A program made the position numbers and the translations under genes. From the NCBI RefSeq assembly GCF_009834535.1, contig NC_045708.1:61070001-61134000 (forward strand): DNA of 64,000 nt, in the 5' to 3' direction. The notes under the pieces are model-generated. The model did not search any database, had not been told where the DNA came from, and worked only from the letters and a program-made list of their open reading frames with translations. Below are positions 35,501-49,050 of the stretch, in pieces (within the stretch, counting starts at the first letter, position 1; each line of letters begins with the position of its first letter). Source of the DNA: Camelus ferus (Eukaryota).

Positions 35501-38500
35501 TTAGTAAAAATAATTTGAGAGATAATGAAAATAATGAATCTGGTTCGTTTTGAGATTTAATTTTTTTAATAATTGGCTCTGGGAGGATGGCTGCAGAACT
35601 CTTTCTTATTTAATACCCCAAAATTGTTGGAAGAGATCTGAACTTTTTAGTTTTCCAGATTATGTACAATATAAAATGGTCACTAAACAGTAAGGAGTAA
35701 ATTACATTCCCCTACATTTATTAATAGATTAATTAGATGAGTTGGCTAGGCTCTTTTCTAAAAACAAAAATGATCACCTTACATTAGTGACTTTTGCTTG
35801 AAATAAAGGACCGATCAGTGCAGTGACACTTAAACAGGGAAACGAAGGACCTAACATTAAGTGACGTAGTGCTGTCTAACTTGGTAAAAAATGATTGCAG
35901 GCATGATAGACAGTGCTTGATTAAAAACTGATATCTGTTTGTGAACCCTGTGTCAATTAAATTTCTAAGAAATTATTAGCTGGATACTCAGAAATACTAG
36001 AGAGTTTTACGAGCAGGTGTTTTGGTAATCCGGGTGGAAAGCCTCTAGGAGCATTTGGATGGCTTTAGTGATGAGCAGATTTTTCACATTACTTGCATAT
36101 ACTTAATTGTGCCAGGAAATTTAAGGATAGGATATTGTGTTAAATTCTACAAGAAATGAATCGTTTTATTTTAATTTTACATTTTGGAATACTAACATTA
36201 CTTAAGAATTTTTTGGGGAAAAAAAGGTTATCTACTTATGCATCCTCGAAAAGAGATGTAATGGTTTATTTTTTCTCTGAGTTTACAAAGGAATGAGGTG
36301 ACAAAAGTACTTATTTTGTATTTTAAAAGGCTATTTCTTGATGAAATTTACTGTTGTGGAATTATTATTTTATTAGCTAATCGTTACCAATGTGAAAAGA
36401 TTATTACTGTTATACAGAATGACCCTCTAAGTATGAAAACTGTTGACTAATGAAGAGATTTAAGGCACTGGCATTGGCTTTTGTATAAGTATTACCCTCT
36501 CAGCATGGTCATGCATTATCTTAACAAGTCTGTGCTATATTTATGCAGAACATTTTCATATCAGGGTAAGAATATTAGCAACAGCAATTACATTTCAATA
36601 GGATTATGATGGTATGTTTTTCAAAAGTGTCCAAATGCTCCTTTCTATAGAATTATTGCTGGGTATCCTGTACTGCCAACTTTTTTTCTTGCCTTAAATA
36701 ATATGATAAGATTTCTTATCATAGTTGGTGCTAAATATGATAGGTACTGGATAATGGAATCTGATATAACAGTTCTTTACCCTTTTCCCTCAAATTCCAC
36801 ACCTCCTTTCACAGTGAGGTAAGGGTTACTAGAGAGAATTCATTCCAGGAAAATTATTACGTGAGGAACAGTAACTGTCAGGGAGTGCATAACTTCTGTG
36901 AGGTTATTGGAAAGGCACAGCTAGGGTAAGTGCTATTTGTTTTATCTTAAATTTGAAGGTAGACTGCTGAGTGATTTTTAAAATAATGAGATTTGAATTA
37001 ATTGTAAAGAAAATGTGTTATTGAAAAGTTAATGAAATCATTATTATAAAACTGGGGTTGTTTATGACGAGGAAGTTAATTGGCAGCTGCTTTTCAGTTT
37101 AAAATACTGACATTCTTTATAAATTACTGAAGAAATTTTTATTAAGCATTCTTGAATGTATACTAAAAAAAGAACATGAGTTACGGTAAAACACCCTCTC
37201 ATTTGTATATTATACTGAGTAAATGTGTATTTATTAATTGTTCCTGCATCTATATGAGCAGATTGCTTTTTTAAATAAGCTATGAGTAAAATATAATATG
37301 AAGAATAATTCTCCAGATGAGGGTAATGTATTAGGAGTATAGATATGAAACAGTCTTTTTTAGTGTAAATTTTATAAAAATGGAAGTTCCTATTAAAAAA
37401 TAGATGAAATGTTTTATACTCTTTGAACCGAGTCATATATTTTAACATGTTAACATTTTAAACGAAAATTAACAAAACATGTAATAAACGCCAAATAATA
37501 TTTATTCAAAATTTTATATGTACCTATGTGAAGAGTCTGGAACACAAAACTATGAATCTGCATGTTTTAATAACTGTATTGGAAAATAATTTTTAAATGT
37601 ATTTTAAATTATCTTATAACCAGGATTTAAAAACTACTGTTTTCATTTTAATTATAAAAATAAACAATATTACTTTCTTTTTGGCTTTTATGTTTCAAAG
37701 ACATTTCCTTTTGTCTATTTGGTAGACTTATTCAAACTGAAGTCTAGCAAAGGTTTATAAAAGACTATTTTTATTTTGTTTACTTTGTGTAGTATGGTTT
37801 TGTGACATTCACATATTGCTAATTCAAAACTGGATTAAAGAATGAAAATGTTAAGATTCTAGAATATCAAATTTCTATTCATTTTTAAAAAGAAAATAGG
37901 ATATTACAAATTATTTCCAATAGTTTAAACATAATTGTATTACCTTGTACAGAAATAAACAAAACACCTAGGGAACTATCAGAAATTCAAAATAGAAATA
38001 CTGATGTTTTTTACTTATGGATAATTTTGTCTCTCATATTTTTGTGGTTTCCGTATTTTAATATAAATATGATTCGTAAAACTGCTTTTTTGAGATTTAT
38101 ATTTAAGAAGGAAAAGAAAACCCATTTACTCATTGAATTTTTATATAATGATTTTTTAAAAATTTGTATTTGATTTTCTTTAAATCAGGTTATTGATTCA
38201 AAAGGTATTTTGTTTTGACCAAACATAAGTCAAAGCAGGAAGATAGTTGTTATTACTCATATCAGTGGCCTTAAATAAAAAGTTGGTTCAGGTTCAAGGG
38301 AATAGGTTAGCCCAGTGTTTTACTACTTGTCAGAGCATCGTAATAAATGCTTTGTTATCTCTCAGTAGTAATTATGAGCCCACAATAACAAATGTAAAAA
38401 TAAATACCTAGCCCTTTGAAATTACTTGAATTACACTTCAAGAGAATCTTTGTTTTAACTCTGCTATGTGTGATTCACATAACATCTGCAGCACATTAGG

Positions 38501-41500
38501 TATTTAAGAATACAATTCAAAAAGCACTTGTATCTTTGTAGGAATTTAGGGTTGATTAGTGCTTATAAAATACTTTGTAGAATCGTGGTGACATAGAATT
38601 ATAATAAACTTTGATGGTCAATTGTAACTTTCATACTTGGCTATTTTAATAACGTAGTCACTCTCCCACACCTCCCATTCGTTTTTATTTTTCACTAATT
38701 TTCTTGTATTGGCTTACTAAAATGTTAAGTGCATGCGTTCTCTGAACATTTCAGCCTGGAAACCTATAATTGATTTCATTAACTGAGAATAGATACTCTT
38801 AAGACAAGTATTAGTTAATAATATTACATGATTAAAAAAACCAAGAACAAATCTTGAGTATCTTAGAATCCGCATTTTCTGGAGTTGATTTTTTCAAAAA
38901 CATTTAGAATTGATTTTTAATAGTTTAAGGATATTCTTTAAAAAATTAAGAGAATAAGAATTAGGACAGTACTAACTTGAGAAACCCTGTAGCATAACCA
39001 TTGCTTAAGTATTTTAAGAATATTGAGAATCTTATAGATTACACAGACTAAAGGCTTCATTCTCTACATTGCCTGTTAATTCTGTGAAAACCAACAGGAA
39101 CGTAGCAAGAGGGTTGTCGTTAACTCACCAAGATGTTAACTTTTAATTGAAAATAAACTAAAATATAGCTTTAATTTGTTAGGCTTTATTAAAATTGATT
39201 TTGCCTGTTTTTAAGGAATAAATTCATCACAATTCCTATGTGTTTGTAAAATTGATGATAATGTTAGATTTTTTTTTTGTACTCAACACTATTTTGGTAT
39301 TTTGTATATTGCTTTTGTATTTTTGATATTTGTCTCTGATGAACTGTTTTCTTCAGATGTTTTAGTAATTTGATGTTCATTTATGAATTGACGGCTGAAG
39401 GCCTTATTTCTCTTTTTTAAAAAATTAAATCAACAGTTTTTCATTTGACTTCCCAAGCAAGCTGCTGTTTGACCTAAAAAGAGCAAGGATAAAAACTTAG
39501 TGATGAGTATCAGTGTATAGTTTAATGTGGAATCTCATTATATGGTGATGGTCTTCAGAGTGTTTCCATATGATCTAATATATTATTTGAGGAATGCATG
39601 TATCCTGCCATCCTATAATTAAACTTGTATTATGAATAAAATTATATTTTTAAAAAAGATAAGTTTTTGTATAAAAAGGATTGATATGGGTAACAACATA
39701 GTACAATTGATGCTTTTGATTGGCCTTTCATCCTACTTTGTTTTATTTAGAGTTGTTTCAACAAAAATATGGTAAGGCAAATAAATGTATTGGTTTTTGG
39801 CCAGGATTTAGCATTGTCTTGATTTCATTTTTTCTGGCTGAAAATTAGGCTTTCTCTGTTATCTAAACATAAATTATTGCATTGTGTGTAAGGCTTAAGT
39901 GTCTATTGATTTTCTCTCATCTCTATTAGAATTCTTGACTTAAATATACTTTTGTAGTACTTTTACTATTTTAATATGCTGACATTAATTTCATATTTAT
40001 TACATAAAAGAAATTTAGAAAGAGTGGAAAGTATGCAACCCTGTATAATGATAAGCTTTTAGACAGGGAACTATAACAGGTATCAATAATTCAGGTAGTT
40101 AGAAAGTCAAACTAAAATTACTAGGAAGTATTCCAGGAAACGATATGTCATTTTGGCTAAATAGTTAAAATTTTCATTAGCAATGCTTATAAAGGTTAAT
40201 TTTTGGACAGTATCACAACTATAACCCTCTGAATTTTTAAAGCTCCGCTTACCTACTTGAACATTAATTCCTTACTTATCAAATTGACTTTTTAATGCTG
40301 AAGGCTCATTTAAGCTTCAGTATTCTACATCATTTTAACATACAATCAAAAATTAATGAGATTTAAGTGTTTGACATCTAGGTTAAAATTTTTTTAAATC
40401 ACCTATCATGGTGGTAAAAAAACAGTTTTAAAGGTAGAACTTTAGTCCATTTTTGTTGTTGCAAGAAAACAAATGAATGGATTAAAATCTATGAATAGAT
40501 TAAAAAATATTTTAACTAACAATTCAGTGAAAATTAGAAGCTCCCTATCGTTAATACTGAGCTTCCTTTATATGGACTTTGAGTTTTATTGATTGTATGC
40601 AAGCACAACCAATAAAGAATTGAATGATAAATCTAGAACAGCATAGTTTTTGGTTTAATATATAGGTATATATATCACTAATATTAAAAATTAAAAATTG
40701 TTCTAAATTATAAATATAATATTCATAAACTTATCTTTATCTGTCAGAGTATAGTGCAGATACCTAAAAGTGTATTTGATTGTTTAGTTGAGAGGCAAAT
40801 GTTTCCATTTTTGGAATGGACTTATATTCAAGGCTATTATCTAACTAAAACTCCCTAAACCAATTTTTTATTTATAGGGTACAACTAAGATCATAAAGGT
40901 AAATTTGAATGAAGTAAATCTTAATTTTGGGGCAGCCTTGTCATCCTTCTATGTTGTGCAGTTTATAGGTTTCTCAGGACCAGAAGGTACCCCCACGCTA
41001 CAGCGATCCAGTTTTTGCCATTATCCTACCTCTTACTCCTAGTTTTGATAAATTAAATTATATTAAGATGCACAGTAGTAGAGGATTTTTACTCTATGAA
41101 AGAATTCTTTTGAGAGTTTAATTAAAATAAAAGTCATACCCAAATCATCTTTTGAAAAATTGGATCGTTCATATGCAGGTATGTTCTCGAAATACATTAG
41201 GCGTCTGTAGTTCACAACAACCATTCCAGACAAAGGTGAATGTGTATAAATGACAGGTAATGGTTTGGATTTAGTTTAATAATTCACAGTATTTATAGTG
41301 CCTTGGGTTTTACTTTCAAGATGTTATTTTTGGTTTCCTACAATGCCACAGAGATCATTATGGCAGCACATGTGGTTTTAAAAATGTGACGGAACTTCTA
41401 GTACCGAGTTTGTCAGAATTGCCAGACCAAAAGTATGCATTAGCTTCCATTGGTCTTAAAGTCTGTATTTTTAAATATTGATTGTGTTTACCCTTTACAA

Positions 41501-41574
41501 GAACAGTTTTATCTATAAGTACATTTCAGCTAGTTAATCCATTAACTTCTGGGCTATAATTCTTTTCATTTTAA

Positions 41575-42260
41575 ATGAACAGCCATTTATTAAGGCCCTG
41601 CCTAAAGAAATGTATTGTGTAAGAAGTGTGCTCTGTAGGTACTTATCTCATCAGAAAAACAGACCCTTCCACAAATAATTATAAGGCGTACTATAATGCC
41701 ATGCTAACCTGAAGTGTAGAGGAAAGGCTGTGGATATATATGGTAGGTGGAGTGAATTCCAAATGAGTAATATGGAAGAAAGAGGATCCATTTAAGTAGA
41801 CCTGAAGGCGGAGGAGGATTTCAGCAGATGCAGGCTTTTTGAGGAAGAGGAAAAATCAGAGGTAAAGGTGCGGGAAAACAAAGACAGAAAATGGTTAACT
41901 TAAGGAGAATGTGTATGCAGGGTGTGAATTGCATAGGAAGTGGAAGATGAAACTGGGATGTTTGGGGCATGTTTATGAAGAGCCTATTGTACACTAAGGT
42001 TAGACTTTAACATGAAGGCTGTAAAAAGCTGTTAATATCTTCAATTGAGAAAGTCCTATATTTAATTGCTAACTCTTAAGGTGGTGTAACCTATTGAACT
42101 AGTGTAAGGAAATACTGGAGGAAACAGAAACCTGGTTAGAAGGTAAGGGGCAGTGGCAACAGACAGGTTTGAAAAGTTTTGTAACCATAGGGTAGAATTT
42201 GGCAGTTGATTGAACCCGAGGTAGAGGAAGAGCTAGGAATCAAAGCCTGGGTCCTTATGG
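41575..42260 (-). mobile_element. L2 LINE fragments
   Basis: catttattaaggccc...agacctgaaggcggaggaggatttcagcagatgcagg...purine-rich L2 pattern. Confidence 0.55.
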
Positions 42261-45200
42261 AACCATGCAAGACATTCATTCCTTCCATCAGCCTGCTTAA
42301 GAGCAGGGGAGGAGGAATGAGCCCATTTTTGTGACAATACTTTGAGGTATTGCCTTATACCTAAAGAAAATCAGCTGCTCAAAAATTATTTCAAGTTAAT
42401 AGTTAATATGTATGCTTTTAATGTGATTTGTGAAAAAATATAATTTTGCTTCCTTTATAGATGTCTCTAAAAAGATTCTTAAGTACATACCTGCATATGT
42501 TTAAGTGGTAGTCATGTTTTTTCCAAGGGCTGATTAAAAAGAAAACCTTTATTATGTGGATTTGAGGCTCTATGGTGTGGGGTTTCGGTTTATTTGTGTT
42601 TTATATGAGGTTTCTAGAAGTTACTCAAGACTGTAAAAGTCAGCTATTACAATTTGGTTAGGGAGATATCTTTATTTAGTGAAAGAATAACTTTTGTCAT
42701 GGTTAGACCTGTTGAGATAGTCTCTTTGTTCCGGGCCATTTTAGTAACATTCTTAAACAGCTCTTTAACCAACTAATCTGATACTGTTATGTTTCCTTAG
42801 CTACCAGCCTGCCCTTTGAAAGCTTTAAAAAAAAATTCATTTCAATTTATCTTTATTGTGACTTTCTCTTTTATTATTATGAACTTAGATACTGTTGGTA
42901 TATAGGAAATTTCCCAGCTACATCTTGTTCATTATAAGAAGAATGAAGTCAATTTCTCAATAGCTTTTTCGTTCTTAAGAGCCAGCAGTAACTTTTAGGT
43001 TTATAGCTTACCCTTTATATCTAGTTAATTATGGGTGACAAGGCTGAACAGCAATCAAAAGCACCTATCAGCACCTATCATTAGTGATTAACTGAGAGTA
43101 GCTCTCAATGTATTTTTTAATAAACAATTATTGATAATGAAGATCACAATAAAATGCACTAGGACCTAACCAGCTTCAGTTTCCTCTTGTGGATATAGGA
43201 ACTATAAAGGTAAAAGAGTTAGCACTCATTTTTCTGTGGTAATCCAAAAGTATTCTTGCTTCCATTTAATAGAGAAAATTTGTGTGATGCGGTTCTCTCA
43301 GTGCTTGCTAGAGCTTCATACGTGGAAAGCTCTTAGTAAATAATTATTATCATTATTGACGTGGATTAAATTTGGTTCCCTTTGGTTCACATATTTAAGT
43401 GGCCTGTCTTTTGACATCCATTTTCAACTCTTTAGATTTGTTTTATTTTTTTCTGTCATTTTTGCTCGGGAGATTCTCTTTTCCTCCATTCTCAATTCTG
43501 CTCAGAACTTTCGATTATGTTTTTATTATTGGGTTTTGTATTATTCCTGCTATCTTCCTTAGCTGATATGTCAGTGACTGACCTGACTGGCTTTATCAAA
43601 ATTGATGTTCTGATACTGAAAACAAAAAGTGTTGATGTATACCCCATTCACCTGAAAATATCAGTATTTTCTGCTTCCAATTTTACTATGTGACTAAGTA
43701 AAAAGAATAAATTGTTTTCCTCCCTTTACTCTTATGATCTGATGCCTGACTGAATTACCGTATGAAAACCATCCAAGTAGATTTTAATTTTTTTGGTAGG
43801 TTTTCTCCCCGATCTACAATCACAGCTTAAAATCCCTGCCCCCGCATCGTCCCAAAGATTAGGATCCTCCCATGTATTCACAGTTTTAAAAGGAAGTCAG
43901 TGGAGGATACTTGTCAGAACTGTATCCTGGTGGGAAGGCTGGCTTCTGAACCTTTTTCTGCTGGTGGATCTGTTATGAAGAAAATACAGATCGCGTAAGG
44001 TAATCAACATGAAATAAAGGGAAGTTAACTAAATGTGATTGTTGACACTGTAGTGTGAATTTTATTTTATTTAGTGGTTAAGGAAATCTTAATATAATAG
44101 AACTATTTTGAAAGATTTTAATGGCCGTAAGATAAAATATGTAAAGAAAAATTTTGACGAACTATTTTAACAAATCTGTGGTGTAACCATCTAATCATCA
44201 AGCAACCTGTGAACAGTAACTAATACCGCATATAAACTTTCAGCAAAGGTGGCTCAAATTTTATCATCAGGGATATTTTCTGGTAGGCAAGGAGCCATTC
44301 TTCTGCAGTTTCTTCAGTGGGTAATTAGATTTCACAGGTGGATTATCTTTGCCTTTTAATTGTGAAATGATAGTTTTTTCGGGGGGGGGCTACTGGTGAT
44401 GGTTATCTGTCTTCCAAATGTTTTCTAGGGACTAAAACTAAAATCTGATTAAAATCTCATTGTGTTCTTGCATTCATAGAAGAAAATACTATAAATTGCA
44501 TTATATGAAACTGAATAATAAGTATGGCTTGATTTAAAGTATTAATAAAATCTAAATTCGTACATTGTTGCTATAGGGTTTCAAGATTTTAATTTAGTGA
44601 AATGCCAGAACAATTTCTTGTATTTAGTTTAATGAGTGTTATGTGAGAAGTCTGTCTTCCCAAATTAGGATGGCCATATATATTGTACTATTTACAGAGT
44701 CTAATTATTAAAACTGTTAAATTTCACATTTAATATTCAAATATCTTTCTGTAAATGAGCTGCTTAGATTTATTGTCAACATTGTTTGACTCGTATATTG
44801 AAGTCTATTAAATTGCAAATGCTGGTCTGAGAAAGGGTGGAAAGTTAGGATTTAGAAGTAGCCATGGTTTTTCAACAGCCTCAGTAAATCAGAAATACTA
44901 AAAAGAAATAAATCTGCAATGTCGCATGTATTATGAGCAATATCAGATACCTTAATTGCAAACTAAGGCTGAAGTTTAATTCCCAGTGTGAAATTTGCTG
45001 GTTTTTCATCTAGACGTGACATAAGCCCAAAATTGGCATTGCTATTGTCAGTCCCATAATTTTGGAAGAGAAAAGAGGTGTGGGTTTTAATTTTTCATTT
45101 TTTGTTTTGAATGGTGATAAAAGTGTATTGTACCTGTATGCTGCCCTTGATTTTTTTAAAAAAATCACTTTTAGGAGGAATTTAACTGTTGGAAACAGTG

Positions 45201-45487
45201 TTTTCTCAAATTCAAAGTATTGCTGGGAAAATGTGTAGATATAGACGCTTACCTTGACAAAAAATTTTGCAAGGAAAAAAATTATCTTGCATTTTCAGTG
45301 CTTTGAAAATAAATGTCAAATTTGCTTATTTAGCCAATCCTGTTTTTATTTAAAAGCAAATTTATCAGATATTTTTAATATAGTTTCATATAATTTCACA
45401 TTTTATAATACTTTAAAAGTTTTAAATTCTTTTCAGTATTTTAAACTATAAATTGTTTTTATAGATAAACTATTGAATTTTCAAATA

Positions 45488-45977
45488 CAGACGGCCCCTG
45501 TTTTACGGTGGTTTGATTTAGGATTTTTTGACTTCATAGTGGTGTGAAAGCAATGTGCATGTAGAAACTTTACTTAAAAATTTGAATTTTGATTTTCCCG
45601 GGGTCTAGCGATGTGCGGGGTGTGTGCAGGATGGTCCTCTCGTGTGCTGGGCAGCGGCAGTGAGCCCCGCTCTCAGGCAGCCCCACTGTCGCGGGGGTCA
45701 GCAACCGGTGCGCTGACAACTCCGTAACCTGGTTTTCCCCTCCAGTGCAGTACTCGATAAATTATGNNNNNNNNNNNNNNNNNNNNNNNNNNNNNNNNNN
45801 NNNNNNNNNNNNNNNNNNNNNNNNNNNNNNNNNNNNNNNNNNNNNNNNNNNNNNNNNNNNNNNNNNNNNNNNNNNNNNNNNNNNNNNNNNNNNNNNNNNN
45901 NNNNNNNNNNNNNNNNNNNNNTCAACTTACTTAGGTTTATAGGGACATAACCCCACCATGAGTTGAGGAAAGATCTG
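45488..45977. mobile_element. TcMar-Tigger non-autonomous element (Tigger5/MER47-like), interrupted by an N gap
   Basis: Flanked by TA at 45486-45487 and 45978-45979; ends cagacggcccctgttttacggtgg and ccaccatgagttgaggaaagatctg are degenerate TIRs; internal ctgggcagcggcagtgagcc matches the MER47 family as recalled. Confidence 0.8.
45767..45921. other. Assembly gap (155 N) inside the Tigger element
   Basis: Run of N. Confidence 0.99.
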
Positions 45978-45980
45978 TAT

Positions 45981-46130
45981 TTTATTTATTTATTTATTTA
46001 TTTTCATTTTGGTGGTAGTGGGAGTAATTAGGTTTATTTATTTATTTTTGGAGGAGGTACTGAGGATTGAACCTGGGACCCCCTGCATGCTAAGCATGCA
46101 ACTCTACCACTTGGACTATACCTTCCCCCC
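45981..46130 (-). mobile_element. tRNA-Ala-derived SINE (camelid vic-1-like, long-tail form)
   Basis: Minus strand GGTATAGTCCAAGTGGTAGAGTTGCATGCTTAGCATGCAGGGGGTCCCAGGTTCAATCC..., then AAAT-repeat tail; 8-bp target-site duplication atctgtat at 45973-45980 and 46131-46138. Confidence 0.88.
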
Positions 46131-46859
46131 ATCTGTATCTTAAAGGAAGATTTCATCAAGGGGTTATTTTATTGGAGTTTGGTTGGACCTGAGCTGCAGG
46201 TTTAGCTTCCCTGCTAATTGAGGACCTTTCTGTCTCCTCACTCTTAAAGTGAGGAGGCTCAGTGGTTTTTGAAACTTCCTTGAGGGAGTTTATTCGACTT
46301 CTTTAAATGATAACAAGGATGCCAAACAATGATAAACTTCTGAAAAATAGCCGTTTTTATATTTTGTGTCTTAAATTGGCATTCCATATATTTAATTAAA
46401 CATTTAATTAGAATAGTCTTGACTAGAAACTAATGTGAGAATCCCTATTTTAGGAGATCTCTAAGTTTGTTTCCAGTTTTAAAAAATTATGTTTCAGTTT
46501 TTATACTTCAGTTTCTGAATTCCATTCACTGTCTTTATCCTTCCCATGATTCATGTACATTTTTTCCCGTAGTTCAGTTTATTCATTCACCCCTTCCTCC
46601 CTCTCTCCTATTTACCAGATTTCCTTCCTTTTTCATTGAGAAAATTTATCATACTATTTCTCAGACATTAGGCAAGGGTACCCAGAACTGAGGTTATAGA
46701 TGTGAAAGCCATGGGTTCTGTTTGCATTTATCTCACAATAATTTTGAAAACGATACTTCAGATACTTTGTGATAGTTGTAGCCATTTTGTACTTTGGACA
46801 CAAATGACTGTGTCCCCGTGTGTGCCATGGAGGTTTAGATTTCGATAGTCAAGTGATGG

Positions 46860-46950
46860 ACCTGAACTGAAAAGGAATAGTAGTTGGCAGAGGGGATTTG
46901 GGTAGAAGGAACAGCATAAATATGCCAAGAAAGGCACAGAGGTGAGGGTT
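46860..46950 (-). mobile_element. L2 fragment
   Basis: ctgaactgaaaaggaatag...ggtagaaggaacagcataaatatgccaagaaaggcacagaggtgag. Confidence 0.5.
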
Positions 46951-47289
46951 AGAATCCTATAGCCCCAGAATCGAATTACCTTAATATTTGAAGAACAAGA
47001 AGTAAATAAAGGGTGGTCATTCTCAAGTATAGATGTTAGCCAAAAAGAAATCCATTAAAAATACAATAATGTTCCAGATAATCGGTTAATTTATTGTATA
47101 TACACTGTATTAACCACCAGGATATGCCACTTCTTATCAGAATTAAGATTAAAGGGTTGAGCAAAATAGTGGTCCATAAGGAACACTCACTTCCTTAATT
47201 ACAATAAGAAAATTCATAAAGTTATTTGTGCCCTTGTGTCATCTCCTTATCTCCCACATCATGGTATTGCTTGTGGTACCAACCTCAAT

Positions 47290-47640
47290 GCTTTGAACAA
47301 AGTATGTATCCTGGACATTTTTTTGGTTTGGTTTGAAGAGACTTATATTGAAGAAATAAATATTGAAAATTTTGACAGAAAAGGTTTTTAAAAAGGTTTT
47401 AAAGCTTAATTGAGGAGAAGTCATAAGATAACCCCAGTACTGTACAAATGGTACAGATAATGGCTATAGCTGCACTTGGAGGTGATCCAGTTGGCTTTAT
47501 GCCATTGGTGGTTTTTAAACCTGTTAAGTCTGTATAGAATTTCTTTAGGTGGAAAAGAGGGAAATGCTTTATATATGAGTAAAAGAATCTTGAATAGAAG
47601 TCAATTTGAAAGTCATATTCAGAAATACTGAGCAAAGAAG
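47290..47640 (+). mobile_element. Possible ancient Tigger/pogo (DDE_1) transposase remnant
   Basis: + strand pieces KVCILD..W...TYIEE...KGFKA and QIMAIAALGGDPVGFMPLVVF resemble Tigger VFNVDETGLFW..RTYI..EE..PGFKA and LLLGGNAAGDFKLKPLLVY; spacing imperfect. Confidence 0.3.
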
Positions 47641-47984
47641 TTTGACGGAAATAGAGTGTTGAATTAAATATTTTTGAAGTTAGAGCTGTTTGGGCTCTAT
47701 TCCCGTTTTTTGCTTTTTTGCCAGTTTAAAAAAAAAAAAAAACTTTCCCCTTTTACCATTGCCCCTCCAGCCCTCAGTTGTAATTTCCCTATTGTTGAAA
47801 TAGAATGACTAGATTTGTTGTGATAATTAAATTACAATCAGATAATAATATATATACTTAAGAGAAAATTTAAAAATCAGCAGTTCTGAGATCTGCCTTT
47901 GTCAAGTCACAACCCCACATCTTTTCTTTGTCTTATACATAAAGTGATTTTTAGGATTGGTTCCAGTTTTACACATTTTTATGG

Positions 47985-48165
47985 TTTAGAGTGAAATTAG
48001 GAAGATTAGTCTAATGGCAGTTGGCAAGCTGGATGGAGGGCAAGGAATCAGCGATGAGATTTTTGCAGACGTTGAGAGAGAAAGAGTTTAGAGCAGAGGG
48101 GGTGAAAGGAAGAGAAAAGATTAAGACATTTCAGAGAAATAATCAATAAAACAGTGAGTGAACGA
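47985..48165 (-). mobile_element. L2 fragment
   Basis: ggaagattagtctaatggcagttggcaagctggatggaggg...gggggtgaaaggaagagaaaagattaagacatttcagag. Confidence 0.55.
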
Positions 48166-48811
48166 GGACCACCTTAAAGTGAAGTACCTTTTATATTTAC
48201 AGGGCTGTATTTTATTCAGACTTACTTGATTAATGCTCCAGAGGATTTTTGGTTTTAAAAACATTAGAGACTGAGCTAATTTCATTTGTGTGTGTATTTA
48301 TCTGTGCACTCATGCTCCTACACATTTAGGAAGCTTGGTTCAAAGAAAATCTGTTACTTCACAGTGGATGTGATTTTTAAATTTTACCATTTCACACTAA
48401 TGTATTTCTTTGTTACTACTGCAAAGTGTATGTATACAATTCATGTAAATCAGTATTTTGGTCTGGAAGATTTTTTTGGAGACTAGTAGTGAAATAGAGG
48501 CATCTTTAATACATACGACTATATAAAACATTATTAATGTTAACAGATGTTGCACTTTAATCCCCTAGAATGATTGTTTGGTACCAGCAGGAGATTTACT
48601 AAGCCTGAATCGTGTGAAATTGTGTGTGCATAAGCTGCTACTTAGATTGTAAAAATGCTATTGAAAACTGTTAAAAAGTTTTAGCTATAATTGACAGACA
48701 AGTATTAACTGTGCTAAAAGAAGTATGTGTATATGGTTGGCCCATGAGTCTTAACCTTGTTATCATTTATCTTCTTGTATTAATGTCACTAAATTATTAA
48801 TTCATGAGCCA

Positions 48812-49050
48812 NNNNNNNNNNNNNNNNNNNNNNNNNNNNNNNNNNNNNNNNNNNNNNNNNNNNNNNNNNNNNNNNNNNNNNNNNNNNNNNNNNNNNNNNN
48901 NNNNNNNNNNNNNNNNNNNNNNNNNNNNNNNNNNNNNNNNNNNNNNNNNNNNNNNNNNNNNNNNNNNNNNNNNNNNNNNNNNNNNNNNNNNNNNNNNNNN
49001 NNNNNNNNNNNNNNNNNNNNNNNNNNNNNNNNNNNNNNNNNNNNNNNNNN
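48812..49050. other. Assembly gap (239 N)
   Basis: Run of N. Confidence 0.99.

Noticed and set aside
37062-37448. 128-aa minus-strand ORF
   Set aside because: AT-rich, F/I/K/Y-biased composition typical of random intronic ORFs; no motif recognised.
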